This document shows, piece after piece, positions 13,651-25,030 of a DNA stretch of 64,000 nt; within the stretch, counting starts at the first letter, position 1; every line of letters begins with the position of its first letter. The stretch is taken from positions 62,001 to 126,000 of the forward strand of contig MU008193.1 in the NCBI GenBank assembly GCA_010909165.1, in the 5' to 3' direction. The position numbers were made by a program, and so were the translations under genes. The notes below the pieces were generated by a model. That model ran no database searches. It was not told the DNA's origin and was given only the letters and a program-made list of their open reading frames with translations. Source of the DNA: Anthoceros angustus (Eukaryota; Plantae; Anthocerotophyta).

Positions 13651-14685
13651 ACCGGCCGGAAATCCGTGGTTGAGGCGGGCCACCTTCCGAATCTCGACCG
13701 ACCGATGGGGCGCAGCTGATTGAATCGGGCGCCTCTCCTCTCGATTGCGGCTGGATGGGGAAACTCGGTGACGATCAAATCGTCGTCGCTCTCCCCAAGC
13801 GAAATTTTCCAGCGGAATTGAGGCCGTCGGACAAATCCTTGGAGGCGTGCTTGATTCTTCATGGCACCTTGAGGATGTCCCGCAAGGTGAGGAATTGGGC
13901 TGGGAATCGAGAAACCAACGCATCTTTCCTGCAATCTCCTTTGTTGGCGATTGTGATGACTTGGCGATTGATTGGATCCCAATTCACGGCGATTGTGAGC
14001 CGCATCGGTGGGGAGTCCACCTCTTATCCAAAGCTTGGATCAAAGCATCCGTGAAGTTGTCGCCAAGGATTGATAGTAGCGAGGTGCATCGCCATCCGAA
14101 TCCCGTGAATTCCTTCGTTGAATTGATCGCCTTGAGCACGCTCCACATCGTCACCAAAGCGCCGAGAATGAGCTACCGACCGCCATGTTGGTGTGTAGAA
14201 GCAAGGCTTGCTTGAATTGGAGGAGGAGTAAAGCTTAGAAGAGCAATGTGTATGAAGGAGCAAGGCTGAATGCCTTCCCCTAAACACAAAGCCATGCTTA
14301 TAAACCTATGTAGAGCACCCTATCAAATCTCCTCTCTTTTTAAAAAAGAGATAAATATGATAAAAATAGAAACATGCTTTTCTATTTTTTTCATTTCTTC
14401 TAAAGGAAAAAATTGTAGGACACTAAATCTAATCCTATAAGAATAGAGAGTCTAGATTTAGTGTAAGACATGGGTGAGCCCACTACATTGTATGAAAGCG
14501 ACGACAAAGATATTGTCGTAACTTCCAATGGTGGTCTTGTCATTCCAATCTGCTATCAAGAACGACGTATCTAGTGCTTCTATCCATGAGCGAGCACGTA
14601 GAGCTTCATACGTCCATTGCTCACCTAGATAGTGACACATTCGTAATCTAGCCATTGGGTCTAGAGACCATGGTAAGAGCCCTGT

Positions 14686-14698
14686 GGCTCTGATACCA
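14686..14698 (-). promoter_or_regulatory. Primer-binding site for initiator Met-tRNA
   Basis: The minus strand reads TGGTATCAGAGCC directly abutting the LTR end, with no spacer. Confidence 0.9.
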
Positions 14699-14900
14699 AG
14701 TTAGAATTGCATGCGGAAGCGTCTTAAGCAAAGATGCTATATTAACAATGAATCAAGTGTGTTCATAGGTGGGCTTTTATAGGTGGTCTCGTAAGGGTGT
14801 GTCCTTTCGCTAGCCTAGCTAACTACCTATACTAACTGCCAGGTCTAGCTGACTAACCATATTGGTACAGAACCAACGTGGTCTGCTATTATTTCTAACT
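14699..14900 (-). repeat. 5' LTR (202 bp), termini AGTTAGAA...TTCTAACT
   Basis: Perfect 8-bp terminal inverted repeat. The PBS lies on its inner side and the TSD CAGTA on its outer side. Confidence 0.9.
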
Positions 14901-15150
14901 CAGTAGCATTGCGAGGTAATCCGGTTATGAAGTCAAGTGTGACTTGCTCGAGCGAAGGGAGGCAAGGGTTGGAGCAGCCGGCAAGGCGTTGGTGACAAGC
15001 TTTGTTGCATTGGCATAAGTTGCAAAGGAGGACATAATCTCGGACGTCTGATTGAGCCGAGGCCAAAAATAGAGCCGATTGAGAGTGGTAGTAGTAAGAT
15101 TTATGACCGTAGATGGAACATCGTGGGCTTCGTAAATCAAAGCCCGGCAA
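14901..15150 (-). mobile_element. Ty3/gypsy integrase relic, N-terminal zinc-binding part
   Basis: Reads EAHDVP...LNRLYFWPRL, SDVRDYVLLCNLCQCNK and EQVTLDFITGLPRNAT. Confidence 0.85.
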
Positions 15151-17436
15151 ATATGGGGAACTTAAGGGATGTCATACCGCAGACACTACTCTGCACTTGG
15201 GTTTAGTGTTTGATTAGCATTAATTAATCTAATGACTTGTCTTTAAGTAACTAGTATTAATTAATCTAAAGCGCTTATATGCGCGTTAACGCAACCGCTG
15301 ACAACCCTAACAAATTGTGGATGTCGCGTGACCAAAGATGGCATATTGCGAAGACCTACCTAAACGCAACCCTAAACCCGAGAGAAGAAAAGTTTCGTAT
15401 CATGAAATCTTTTCGTGCATCATGGGGTAGGTTGACGACATCGACACCGGAGGCCGCAGCCCCAACCGATGTGGTCATGCATGACATACTGAAATAGTTC
15501 ATCGTGAGACTATTTCTTCTGTCAAAACCCTAAAAAATATGGATGTCGTGACCAGATCGATATTCCATAGTGGAGCACAATGCTCATGTTTATAATTGCA
15601 ATTAACGTTTTAATTAAGCGTGCATACTTAAACGATAAACTTATGAGAACACAAAATGCGGTGAGGCGGACAAATTGGTTGTAGGAAGCGTCGTCGCCTT
15701 CCTTAAATAGGTTTCGATTTCCTTTCTCTTTCGCCCCGAGATGGCTTCACTTCTCTCGTCTCTTAGTTGTTGTGGTTGCTCTTGTTGTTCATGCTACTTG
15801 GTTGGTATGGTTGCAATCACAAATACTTATTTCGATGCCTAGTTCGTCTCGTCCTCTCGGAGACTATAATCCTTACACAGTTGGCCATATTTTGGTGCCA
15901 CCCCAGCTTCAGCGGTTGGGGGAGCCCTACCATGTGATTCTGGAACCTCAACTTGACAATGTGGAACAAGAGTAGCTGCAAGTAGAAGAAGCATGGCCTC
16001 CTCACACGGAGCTTGTGAAGAAACTTGTTGGTCAAGCGGAAGTGGAGCAATCTCGGCACCAGACCAACCACAGCTACTGCAGAAACGTCGGAGACTTAAG
16101 CAACCTTAACAATCGAGCAACCGAAACCTTGTTTACGAAAGGCAACGGTGCAGCTTCTTGCAACCCTCTTGTCTCCCTTACATGCGGGAGACAAGCGGGT
16201 TGCAGCTTCTTGTCAACCCGCTTGCATTTTTGTGTGGTCATTGTGTGCGAATATCTTTCATGCATAAGATATACTATCACGAGCCGGAGTAAATCGATTA
16301 AGCACGCTTCATTACAAACGTGAACCGGTAATGTGATGCACATGCAACCTCGTATTGATATGCGGAACTATATGGCATGCTTATGTACAGGTTTGACACT
16401 TAGGCTGCCCGCTATTATGGGGCCATGTGTGTTTTTAGGCCTTTTCCTTCATGGCTTGCCACTCTCGCGAGAAGAGGCACACACCATGCTTATAATGAAT
16501 TCAACGACACGGGAAGATACGACATTTAAATATAATTCTTGAATCAATAATAATATTTTCTGGAATCAGCAAAACTGAATACATGAATAAATTCGAGAAT
16601 CGCACGCTTCTGGACCCCCCCCTTTGCGTTACATGGAGGCGCGTGTTCATCGCACACATGCTGGACATGAAGGCAATGACCATATACGGACCACATACGG
16701 GGTGTATGGGATGGAGGCTGCCCGGATGGTGAGGATATCTGCGTTTTTGGCCTTTTTCATTGCATCGCTGCCTCGTTCGTTCCATGTACCCCCATACCCC
16801 ATGCCCTAAGTCGCCGCGATGCGGTGCTTTAAGGCATTACGGCTAAAACCTGTATTTCGTGAGTTTAGAATTTGCTTCTAACCTAAACTCATTGTTCCAT
16901 GCCGTGCCTTGGTATGCAGTGGTTGTTAATGTCTTCTACCACTCGCTTGACCCTCTATCGAGCGTCGGCAAGTGATAAAAACCCTTGACCTATCAGTATG
17001 TGATCAACTTTTTCAGTATGTGTATCTTCTTCCACCCGACGTCTGATGAACCATGGTCTGACTGCACGATCGATCGAATAGGAAAATGGGCACCCTCGCT
17101 ACGTATCCTCCATCCTGTCCACGATCTGATGGGAAGCATCTACAACAGATCAAAGACGTCAGCACTTCATGTATAATAAAGATTTCAAAACAGCTGAAGC
17201 TGTGCCAGCCCGCCAGGTGGTGAGGACTGAGGTCCCATCCGTGAAGTCGTGCGGAGGGCTAGACGCACAGATGCTCTTTCCCATGTGACAAAAGGGATGT
17301 TCCGTCATTGTGACTGGTAAGTTGGAAGCGTCTAGCAGACCTCCCCCAACCAAGTACATAGTACACACACGCACCGGATCTTCTTCTTAAATGGCCGCTC
17401 GACTGAATCTGTGAGCACCTGTAGGTGGGCGATGCA

Positions 17437-18876
17437 ATGGCGCAAAGAGCAGAGTCCCTAGATGTGGACTCCATCTCGGCAGAACTAGAGCGTGTGCAGC
17501 TCATTTCCAAGACAGGGGAAGTGCCGCAGTGTTTCCTGCAGAGCAAGCCACTCATCTCCCACCCGGCCGAGTCAGGTCGGATTCCGGTCATCGACCTCTC
17601 AGGCTACTTCGGCTCCGACGCCGGGTCCAGACAGGAAATAGAGAACCAGGTGGCCCGTGCCTGCGAGGATAACGGATTCTTCCAGGTAACCCATTCCCGC
17701 ATCGATTCAAGGGGACCCATAGGCTCGTTTCGTGCTGGATGCATGCGCAGGAATCCGTGACAGCTGAGAGGAGTTCACTCTGGGCGTATGGCAGGTGGTG
17801 AACCATGGAGTGGATCTCTCCGTGCTGGAAGAGAGCATGGATGCTGCCAAGAGATTTTTTGCCTTGCCTGGCGAGGTTAAGGAAAAGTATGCTATGCCTC
17901 CCCCTGGCACATCCAAGAACTGGTCTGGATACGGCAGGTTCGTGCAGATCGGAGGCAGCGAGCTGGAGTGGCAAGACACGTTCTTCCACTATGATCCGGT
18001 GCTTCACGGTCCCGGCGGGGTTGAGTGGCCAGAGCAACCTCCCGATTACGCGTGAGTAATTTGTGCAAACGGGCTGGAGTTCGAAATGGATCAGGTTGTG
18101 TGGCGCATCCATGGTGGGCGATGTTGCAGAAAGGGACTGAGTGCGTGCCTTGGTTTGTTCGTTGTGTTTGGTGCAGGGAGAAGCAGGGGAAATTTAAGAG
18201 CCAGGCATTGGAACTGATGAAGACGCTGCACGAGATCACAAGCATCAATCTTGGCTTGCCCCGCACTTACCTGGATGAGATTGTTACCGAATCGCGGGCT
18301 CTAAAGGTGAACTACTACCCGGCCTGCTCCAGGCCCGACGCTGTGCTGGGCCTCAATCCACATGCAGACGTGACCACCTTCACCATCCTGTACCAAGAGG
18401 AGGTAGCGGGGCTTCAGGTGCTGCATAACGAGGAGTGGATCACAGTGGAGCCTATGCCTGGTGCCTTGGTGATCAACATCGGTGACACCCTCGAGGTATG
18501 CTTGCGCTGTAGGATGTGAGTTGTGTGTGGAAACCACCATTTCACTCGAGTCACGGGGTTTGCACTTGCGTGATGAAAACAGATACTGTCAAATGGGAGG
18601 TACAAGAGCTTGGAACACAGAGCTCTGGTGAATGCGGAGAAGGAGAGGCTGTCCATCGTGTTCGGAACAGGCCCAAGCCTGGATTGGACGATGGGGCCAA
18701 TACCCGAGCTGCTTGGCCCTGGTAATCCTGCTCTCTACCGCTCCTTGACCTATGGTGAGTTCTGTCAGCTGAGGTTGAGCATGAAAAACGATGGCAAACG
18801 CTACCTGTACACCCAACTTGGCATGAAGAAGGAGCTCCAGGATCTGCCTGCCGGTCTGCTGCAACACGTTTCTTGA
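17437..18876 (+). CDS. 2-oxoglutarate/Fe(II)-dependent dioxygenase (DOXC class), 4 exons
   Basis: Exons 17437-17685, 17795-18051, 18177-18495 and 18583-18876 with GT-AG introns. Motifs include IPVIDLS, ACEDNGFFQVVNHGV, NYYPAC, HAD, NGRYKSLEHRA and RLS. Confidence 0.93.
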
Positions 18877-19415
18877 AACTCACAAGTGAACCTGGGGAGA
18901 GGCAGGTATGTCTCGCAACCCGTCCTCTCCGCATTGTGCCCATAGTTTGTCACATGCCATAGTGGGGTGAGATCAGTGCTTCTACAGAGAACAACTCTCC
19001 TCTTATTACGATGTGAGCACACAGAATTAAAAAAAAATTAGCTGAAGTGTCATCCTACGCCTCATCTATGTAGGGCTAGCTTTTGACACTCTACGCTGCT
19101 TAAACTGTCCATGTAGGGAGCCCCTCCATTCTTGTAGGGCCAGCTACCACCCTATACCTACCCCTCGTAGGGTGCACTTCCCTTTGGTAGGGAGTGCCAT
19201 GCTCTATATCTATAGGTACCCTTCCTACCCGTCTTTCCCCTTGTGTAGGGGATGTCTCTCCCCCACATCATTCATACTCGCTTCCTCCCTACATGCAACT
19301 CCGCCCACCTCTTGCAAACTTGTATAAAGGTTCAGGAATTCATCACCAAGCCCTCGTTGAGGGCATCTTTCAAGCATGGATTAGGCACTCCTTCTGCTAA
19401 CAGTGCGACTATCGT

Positions 19416-21596
19416 TCACACCTTCACTTGTGGATCACCGATTTGTACTGTTTTTCCGTTAGAGCTGAGTGCAGCTTCAATGATTCCCAGATCTCGTAAT
19501 GCTTCTTGAGGAGAGCTCCTCCAATCAGACGTTTGGACGGCAACATTCTATGCAGGAACACAGTGTCAGAGGCACTTGTGCTTGTAGAGAAAAAGAAAGC
19601 CTGCTGAAGATCCTTACGGATATACACTTGTAGGACAAACGAGAGCTTGTTAGAGGAAGATGCTTACAGATATATTTCTCTTCACGTCAGCGGCGAAAGA
19701 CTTGATTTCTTCTTCTATCCCAACGAAGGGGAAGAAATTGGATTGAGAGCTTCCTTGGAGAGGGATCGTGGTCACCTGGCAATTGTAAATGATTGAACGT
19801 GATTGTTTTTCGTAAAAAAATAAAACATGGACAAACCACTGCTATACCGTGTACCCAAAGTTGCCTTCGAGTTTTGCACGCTCCACTTCCACTGTCCCTT
19901 GCGCACACACAACTCGCCAGATAGCCTACAGGCAAATAAGTTAGCAACATGCTTATACAACCAATACATGTTGCAGCAATTTGAAGGTTTTAGTGCCTTA
20001 TTTGTTGACGAGGCGTACGCTATCACCATGACTCCAGAGCAGCCATTCTGAAACTCTCTGCAGAAGCCCATACCTCCAGCATCAATCCTGGCTGGAAAAA
20101 AGGAGGCACAAAAGTTAGGAATGCTGCCCAGTGAACAAATCACTTACAAAACTGCAGTGAGAGTATCCGGAGCCGGTAACTGTTTGTTTCTATGGGTGGC
20201 GAGGCCTCGAACTGCTACCAGACTGCTGTCTGTCATCTGCGAAGCCGAGGCATCTCGCAAGAAACAACCAGATGTCAAGCCTAAGAGAGTTCCTGATCAA
20301 CCACGTTGTACAGAACAAAGCAGAAGAGCTCTTCGAATTCATTTTGCAAATCTCCCCTACCAACCGGAGGCCTGCCACAAAGTGCACCCCGCAGTCGATT
20401 ATGAAACCGCCCTGCACGACCAGACGTACCGAAGTAGGGTCAGAAAATTTTGCAAAGCCATGGCATGCTCTTAACACATCCACCGTACAAGACTGGTCAC
20501 CTTCAGATCTCGGCGCCACTGGCTGTCGAAGTACTTGTTAGAGCTCAGCATCTGAACCTCTACAATAACCTCAACTACCACCATGGTCCCAAGGCTCTTT
20601 ACGATCTTCCCAGCCTGTCAGTCAATAAGCATCATTCACTGTAGCAGTCCACAGAAACACAATATCTGCGCTGCCAGCTGAAAGCTCCCACCTCATGGAA
20701 TGCGGTTTCAAACCTAAAGTTTTCTCCAACCGCCCATATGGGACTTTGGCCAACCTGCTCCGACAGTGTCTTGTAGCTTAGCCATGTCTCAAATCCTCAG
20801 TAAAATCTGCTCTTGAAGCAGAGTCAGTCAGGACTGATGAGCACAGTGGTTTAAGCTTTCACATCCCTGTTTCTTCACAACAAAGATTCAAACCCGTACA
20901 ACTTACTTTCCGCAACAGGCTTCTCTGCAAAACAGAACAAGCAGAAACAGCAATCAACATGAAGAAGGCAAAAGAAATGGGCACAGGCTTCCTGCATCAT
21001 GCCAGCTCATACCTTGCAGAACGTGCTTGCCTGCTCCAAGTGCTCGCAACACAATGGCAGGCTGAATGAGAAACAGACTTCCAGCATGAGATGCCCACAT
21101 ACAAGCTTACCTGTCCTGTGTTGTCACACCAAGTGCAGTGTCACTTCAATCGAAAGAAGAATTCATTTTACCTGCAACTTCACGGGCAGCACCACCAAGC
21201 AGCAGTGAACCTGGCGAGAGGAAAGTATTTCCTGCAACCCATCCTCTCCCCATTTTGCTTCCGCCTCTGGAGCAAAGTCTCTCACAGTCTCTAGCAGTCG
21301 CTCTGCTGAACGCTGATCAACAAGAGTTAGCAAAGCTTTCACCTTCTCCCCTCATACACCAATCAAAGCCAAGTTAAAGAAAGCAATGCAATGCAATCCG
21401 ATCTATTGCAATGCAGTGAACAAGAAAACTCCGACAGTCAGCAATTGCCCACCTGCGACCGGCTCCAGATACTAGTCAGCACGAGGCTCACTCGATGCAG
21501 AGTTTTGATGATCGGCACGTAGGCATCTCGGGCAAAGATCCCGCAGCCTAGGAGTGCGGCTGAAGGGACAAATTCAGCGTTTCCATCACGATCCAT
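19416..21596 (-). CDS. Gfo/Idh/MocA family NAD(P)-dependent oxidoreductase, multi-exon
   Basis: Spliced reading: AALLGCGIFARDAYVP...IWSRS, EAKWGEDGLQEIL, LGAGKHVLQEKP, IWAVGENFRFE, KYFDSQWRR, GGFIIDCGVHFVAGLR, LPAPDTL, NGCSGV, WRVVCAQGTVEVER, SSPQEALRDLGIIEAALSS. Confidence 0.88.
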
Positions 21597-21893
21597 CGCG
21601 AACAGCGCTGGATTGAATGCTTCACATCCGACGATGAAGGACCAATTTGTTGTGGGTTTCATTCACGTTTGTCACGTGATAACTGGAGTGACTCAGTAAC
21701 TCTTATCACAACTTACATTCCTCTTATTGCCATGTATGTCCAAGAATGTTATTGTCTGTCATACCTCTTAAGAGTCTTAACTGGCAGTAGGAATCTGGCA
21801 ACTTGCAGGATTTGCAGTCCCTGGTGCAGGCATGTGATGTGGAGGGTGTTGTACGTGTGACTACAAAAACAGGTGCCGCTGGTTTGAGAGCTA

Positions 21894-22429
21894 CAGTCCA
21901 CCCCCCCTAAATGGGACTGGTTCGGAGTGCCTTTAGAGGTCCCATTAAGGGAGGTGTCCCGATTATATTTTCCCTATTTAAAAATAATAAAAATATTATA
22001 AACTCTAAAAAATCAAAAAAATACCCAAAAAAAGAAAATTTTAAATTTTGATTGATAGGTTTCACTAAAAATAACTTTTACCACTTCTTTATATAGTTAT
22101 TTGAAAGCTAGCGCTCTCTCAAAGCAACATCAAAAAACCTCTACATAAAGGAAAAAGCTTAGCTTAAGAGTCTTCAATCACACCTAAAAGTCTATTGTTC
22201 TCTGAAATAATGGATTCTTTTTTCTTTCTTTTTTAATTTTTTTTAGTAAAAAAATTAGAAATCCCATTTAGGGAGGTGAAACTAACATGAATGTATGTTT
22301 CAAAAGGTCCCAATTATCATTTAGGGAAAAGTCCCATTTATTACATTGTAAACTAAAGGGAGTTGGATGGGAGGTCCCATTTAGAGAGAAATCCCATTTA
22401 TAGAGTTCCCAATTAGGGAGGGCCGACTG
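21894..22429. mobile_element. Tc1/mariner (pogo-like) MITE, 536 bp
   Basis: TA TSD at 21892-21893 and 22430-22431. Imperfect TIRs CAGTCCACCCCCCCTAAATGGGAC / CAGTCGGCCCTCCCTAATTGGGAAC, repeated CCCATTTA subterminal motifs and an AT-rich noncoding core. Confidence 0.75.
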
Positions 22430-22699
22430 TACATACATGTAAGGTTTCCTTGCACACCGAAAAGCTGGTCGTGAAGACCAGGCTGGAAAGACCACCAGAT
22501 CCCGAAGAGCAGTTCTTGTATCAGACAGAACCGCTTATCGCATGTACGCAGTGGTCCGGTCCAGCAAGTGAGGCTCACCGCCATGCGTTTCATTGCGCTT
22601 CACCATCCGCCCGCTTATCGGCCTTCACAGAGTATTACCGGACTCAGCTATGCGGGGCGGATGCTAGGGCGGGAGACGCGCGTCGTGGGCACCAAAAAC

Positions 22700-22860
22700 C
22701 GGCTCCAAGCGGGCGTGGGTGCGGCAAGCTTGAACAGGAGCGGTGAGGCGGGCATGGGTGCGGCAGTTTTGAGCGGGAGCGGTGAGGCGGGCATGAGTGC
22801 GGCAGTGTTGAGGGGGAACGGTGAGGCGGGTATGGGTGCGGCAGTTGAGCGTTGAGGCGA
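22700..22860 (+). repeat. 39-bp GC-rich minisatellite (~4 copies)
   Basis: Unit GAGCGGTGAGGCGGGCATGGGTGCGGCAGTTTTGAGCGG starts at 22738, 22777 and 22816. Confidence 0.85.
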
Positions 22861-23990
22861 GCGAGATGCGGTCTCCTCAAGCGCCGCAGGTCGGACTGGA
22901 TCGGGAGGTTGGGGTGAGAAGGGTAGTCCGGGTTGCGGGTTGTGGCGGGGCCTAGCCTGAAAATTCAGTGGCCAGCGGGGCTGACATTAGTGTACTTCAT
23001 GGTGATGTCTCTCACATTGCCATCCGTATAGAGATCGTCTATATGGTACATCCGTAGAGATCGTCTATATGGTCCACCAATTCACCGTGACCTGCTCCAT
23101 TGGGCACAAATTCACCGCCACCGGCTCCACTGGGCATAGGCTCCGTTTGAGCAGCATTTTTGTCTTTTGAATTTAACATAACTAGAATGGTGAAAATTTT
23201 AATTTGGTTAGCTCATAATGTGTCAAATGAATATGGATTATTAGTGATGGCGGCCAGCAAAGAAGCTTTCGCCGCTACATGAGTGCGAGGTTAAGCGAGA
23301 TGGTGGAAGTTGACTTGCCAAGGGATTGTCCTTTTCCATTGAAGTGCCACTCAATTGTTTTGAGATTGCCACCTTTCATGGCGTAAATTACCGCAAAGCA
23401 TTCTTGATTCGGGGCGTGTGAAGGAGGCCCGAGTTGTCCTTGGGAACGTGTGCAAGATTTCGTTGGCGGAATGAATAGCTACAGTGGAGCACCAACCAAT
23501 TTTGCAAGAGTCTGGACAAAGGGTCCGAGCCAGTTTTCACAAACCAATCAGCCAAAGGCGATTCATCGATCTTGGTAGTCGATTTGTTTGGTTTTGGTTT
23601 GTGCAATTGCTTGATGTCCTTTTGCTTCTCATGGATCATTGTGTCTTCAAGCGCCTGTCTTTCATAGTTCAAAACTTTCTCCAGTAGTTTCGAATCTTGA
23701 CAAGTCATACACCAAACTGTTCGTCTCACTGAGACAATTCTAACGATGCCTTTTTTGTTGAATTCCGAAAAGGTTTACGCAAGATACTAACTTCAAACGT
23801 TTTCTTACTACGGCATATTTTGATATAACATGGCTTTCACGCCTGATTCCTTTCTCTAGTCCTTATTAATCTTGTCAGGCTATATACCATTTTGTAGCTC
23901 TCAACGAGATGAACATAATGGTGTGCTTTGTGTGTAGTTTTGATATGAGTTGACAAGGTTTCCGTCTGTAAACGCTTTTTCCCACTTACC

Positions 23991-25030
23991 ATGACTTCTA
24001 GATTCAAAGGTTTCTCACTGGTGTGTCGCTTGATCGAGTACTGGTGTGGTTACGGGCCTGAGGATTACCATTCTACCATGCAAGCTGTTGTTCAACGTCC
24101 TCCTCTCCCTAACAAAAGGCGGTCACGGCTAGCAGCTGGAGAGAGCATCAAACATGGGTGTCATGCTAGTTTTACTATGAAAGGGCTATATTTATGGCCA
24201 TCTGTTGCTCAGATCTTGCTCTATGAGAGTAGACATGTTGATGTCAGGGGTATAGTTTGTCATGGTCTATCTTACACAGGCATAGTTCGAGATATTAGAG
24301 CTCCACATTTGTCGGAGAAGAAAGCTTGGGTGAGATATGGTTTACATTTTGTGTCATTGATGAGATTTTGCGACGTCATCCACTTTTGTAGCTAAATGTT
24401 GCCCTCCTGCTTTATCAATCCATGAGGCCCCTATGTGAAGGTAAGGGACAACTTCCTCACACGGAATGATATCTCCAATATAACTAGGGAGGTGGAGAAG
24501 AATGAGTGGAGGTATTATGAGGACGATAACCTTAGTGTAGGGATGTGGATGCAATTACATGCGGTATGTGTTTCATAGGTTTGTGGAGGAGAGCATTTTT
24601 GCCTAGGCTTGCAAACATCCTTCATGTTGGAGATTTACATGCAACACGGACACAATAGTTTTACTTGCTATGGACTCCACTTTTGGAGTAAACAAATATA
24701 AGTACCAGCTATTTCTTGTCATGGTGTTCAATCGACATCGAATGGAATACTAGTTGCATAGGCTCTCACGAGGCGACCACAAGAGCTTTAGTTCCATGGC
24801 TTACTTCTTTACGCATGAAAGTTCTTGATCGACTCAGTTGGCTGCCATCTACATTCTTGGTCGATGATTGTCTGCAAAGATAGGTGCTTTAAGGGAGGTG
24901 TGGTCATAGGATGTGCCGATCTTCTTGTGCTTGTGGCACGTTAGCGTGCCAGCTCTAAATTTGTTGAAGAAGGTTAAGAATGTGCACGATGCACAAGCTA
25001 TGTGGGTTGAGTTAGGTCGAGACGGGTTTG
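23991..25030 (+). pseudogene. MULE transposase relic
   Basis: SIKHGCHASF (FAR1/WRKY-like zinc finger), STFLVDD and PIFLCLWHV...LKKVK; frameshifted and 3'-truncated. Confidence 0.75.

Larger units (their letters stand above)
4397..14900 (-). mobile_element. Ty1/copia LTR retrotransposon, both LTRs present, internally rearranged, with 5-bp TSD CAGTA
   Basis: LTRs at 4397-4595 and 14699-14900; TSD CAGTA at 4392-4396 and 14901-14905; iMet PBS at 14686-14698; PPT at ~4596-4607. Gag, protease, integrase, RT and RNase H fragments follow the copia order in the 10395-4800 segment. Confidence 0.9.

Noticed and set aside
13066-13923. 285-aa minus-strand ORF as a real gene
   Set aside because: It is open because it crosses a GC-rich repeat, has no recognisable domain and lies inside the retroelement.
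15180-15400. Interstitial telomere
   Set aside because: Only isolated CCCTAAA/GGGTTTAG words are present, not a tandem (TTTAGGG)n tract.
15150-17400. Possible transposase or gene relics
   Set aside because: The short ORFs have no motif I can identify with confidence, so the region is left unannotated.
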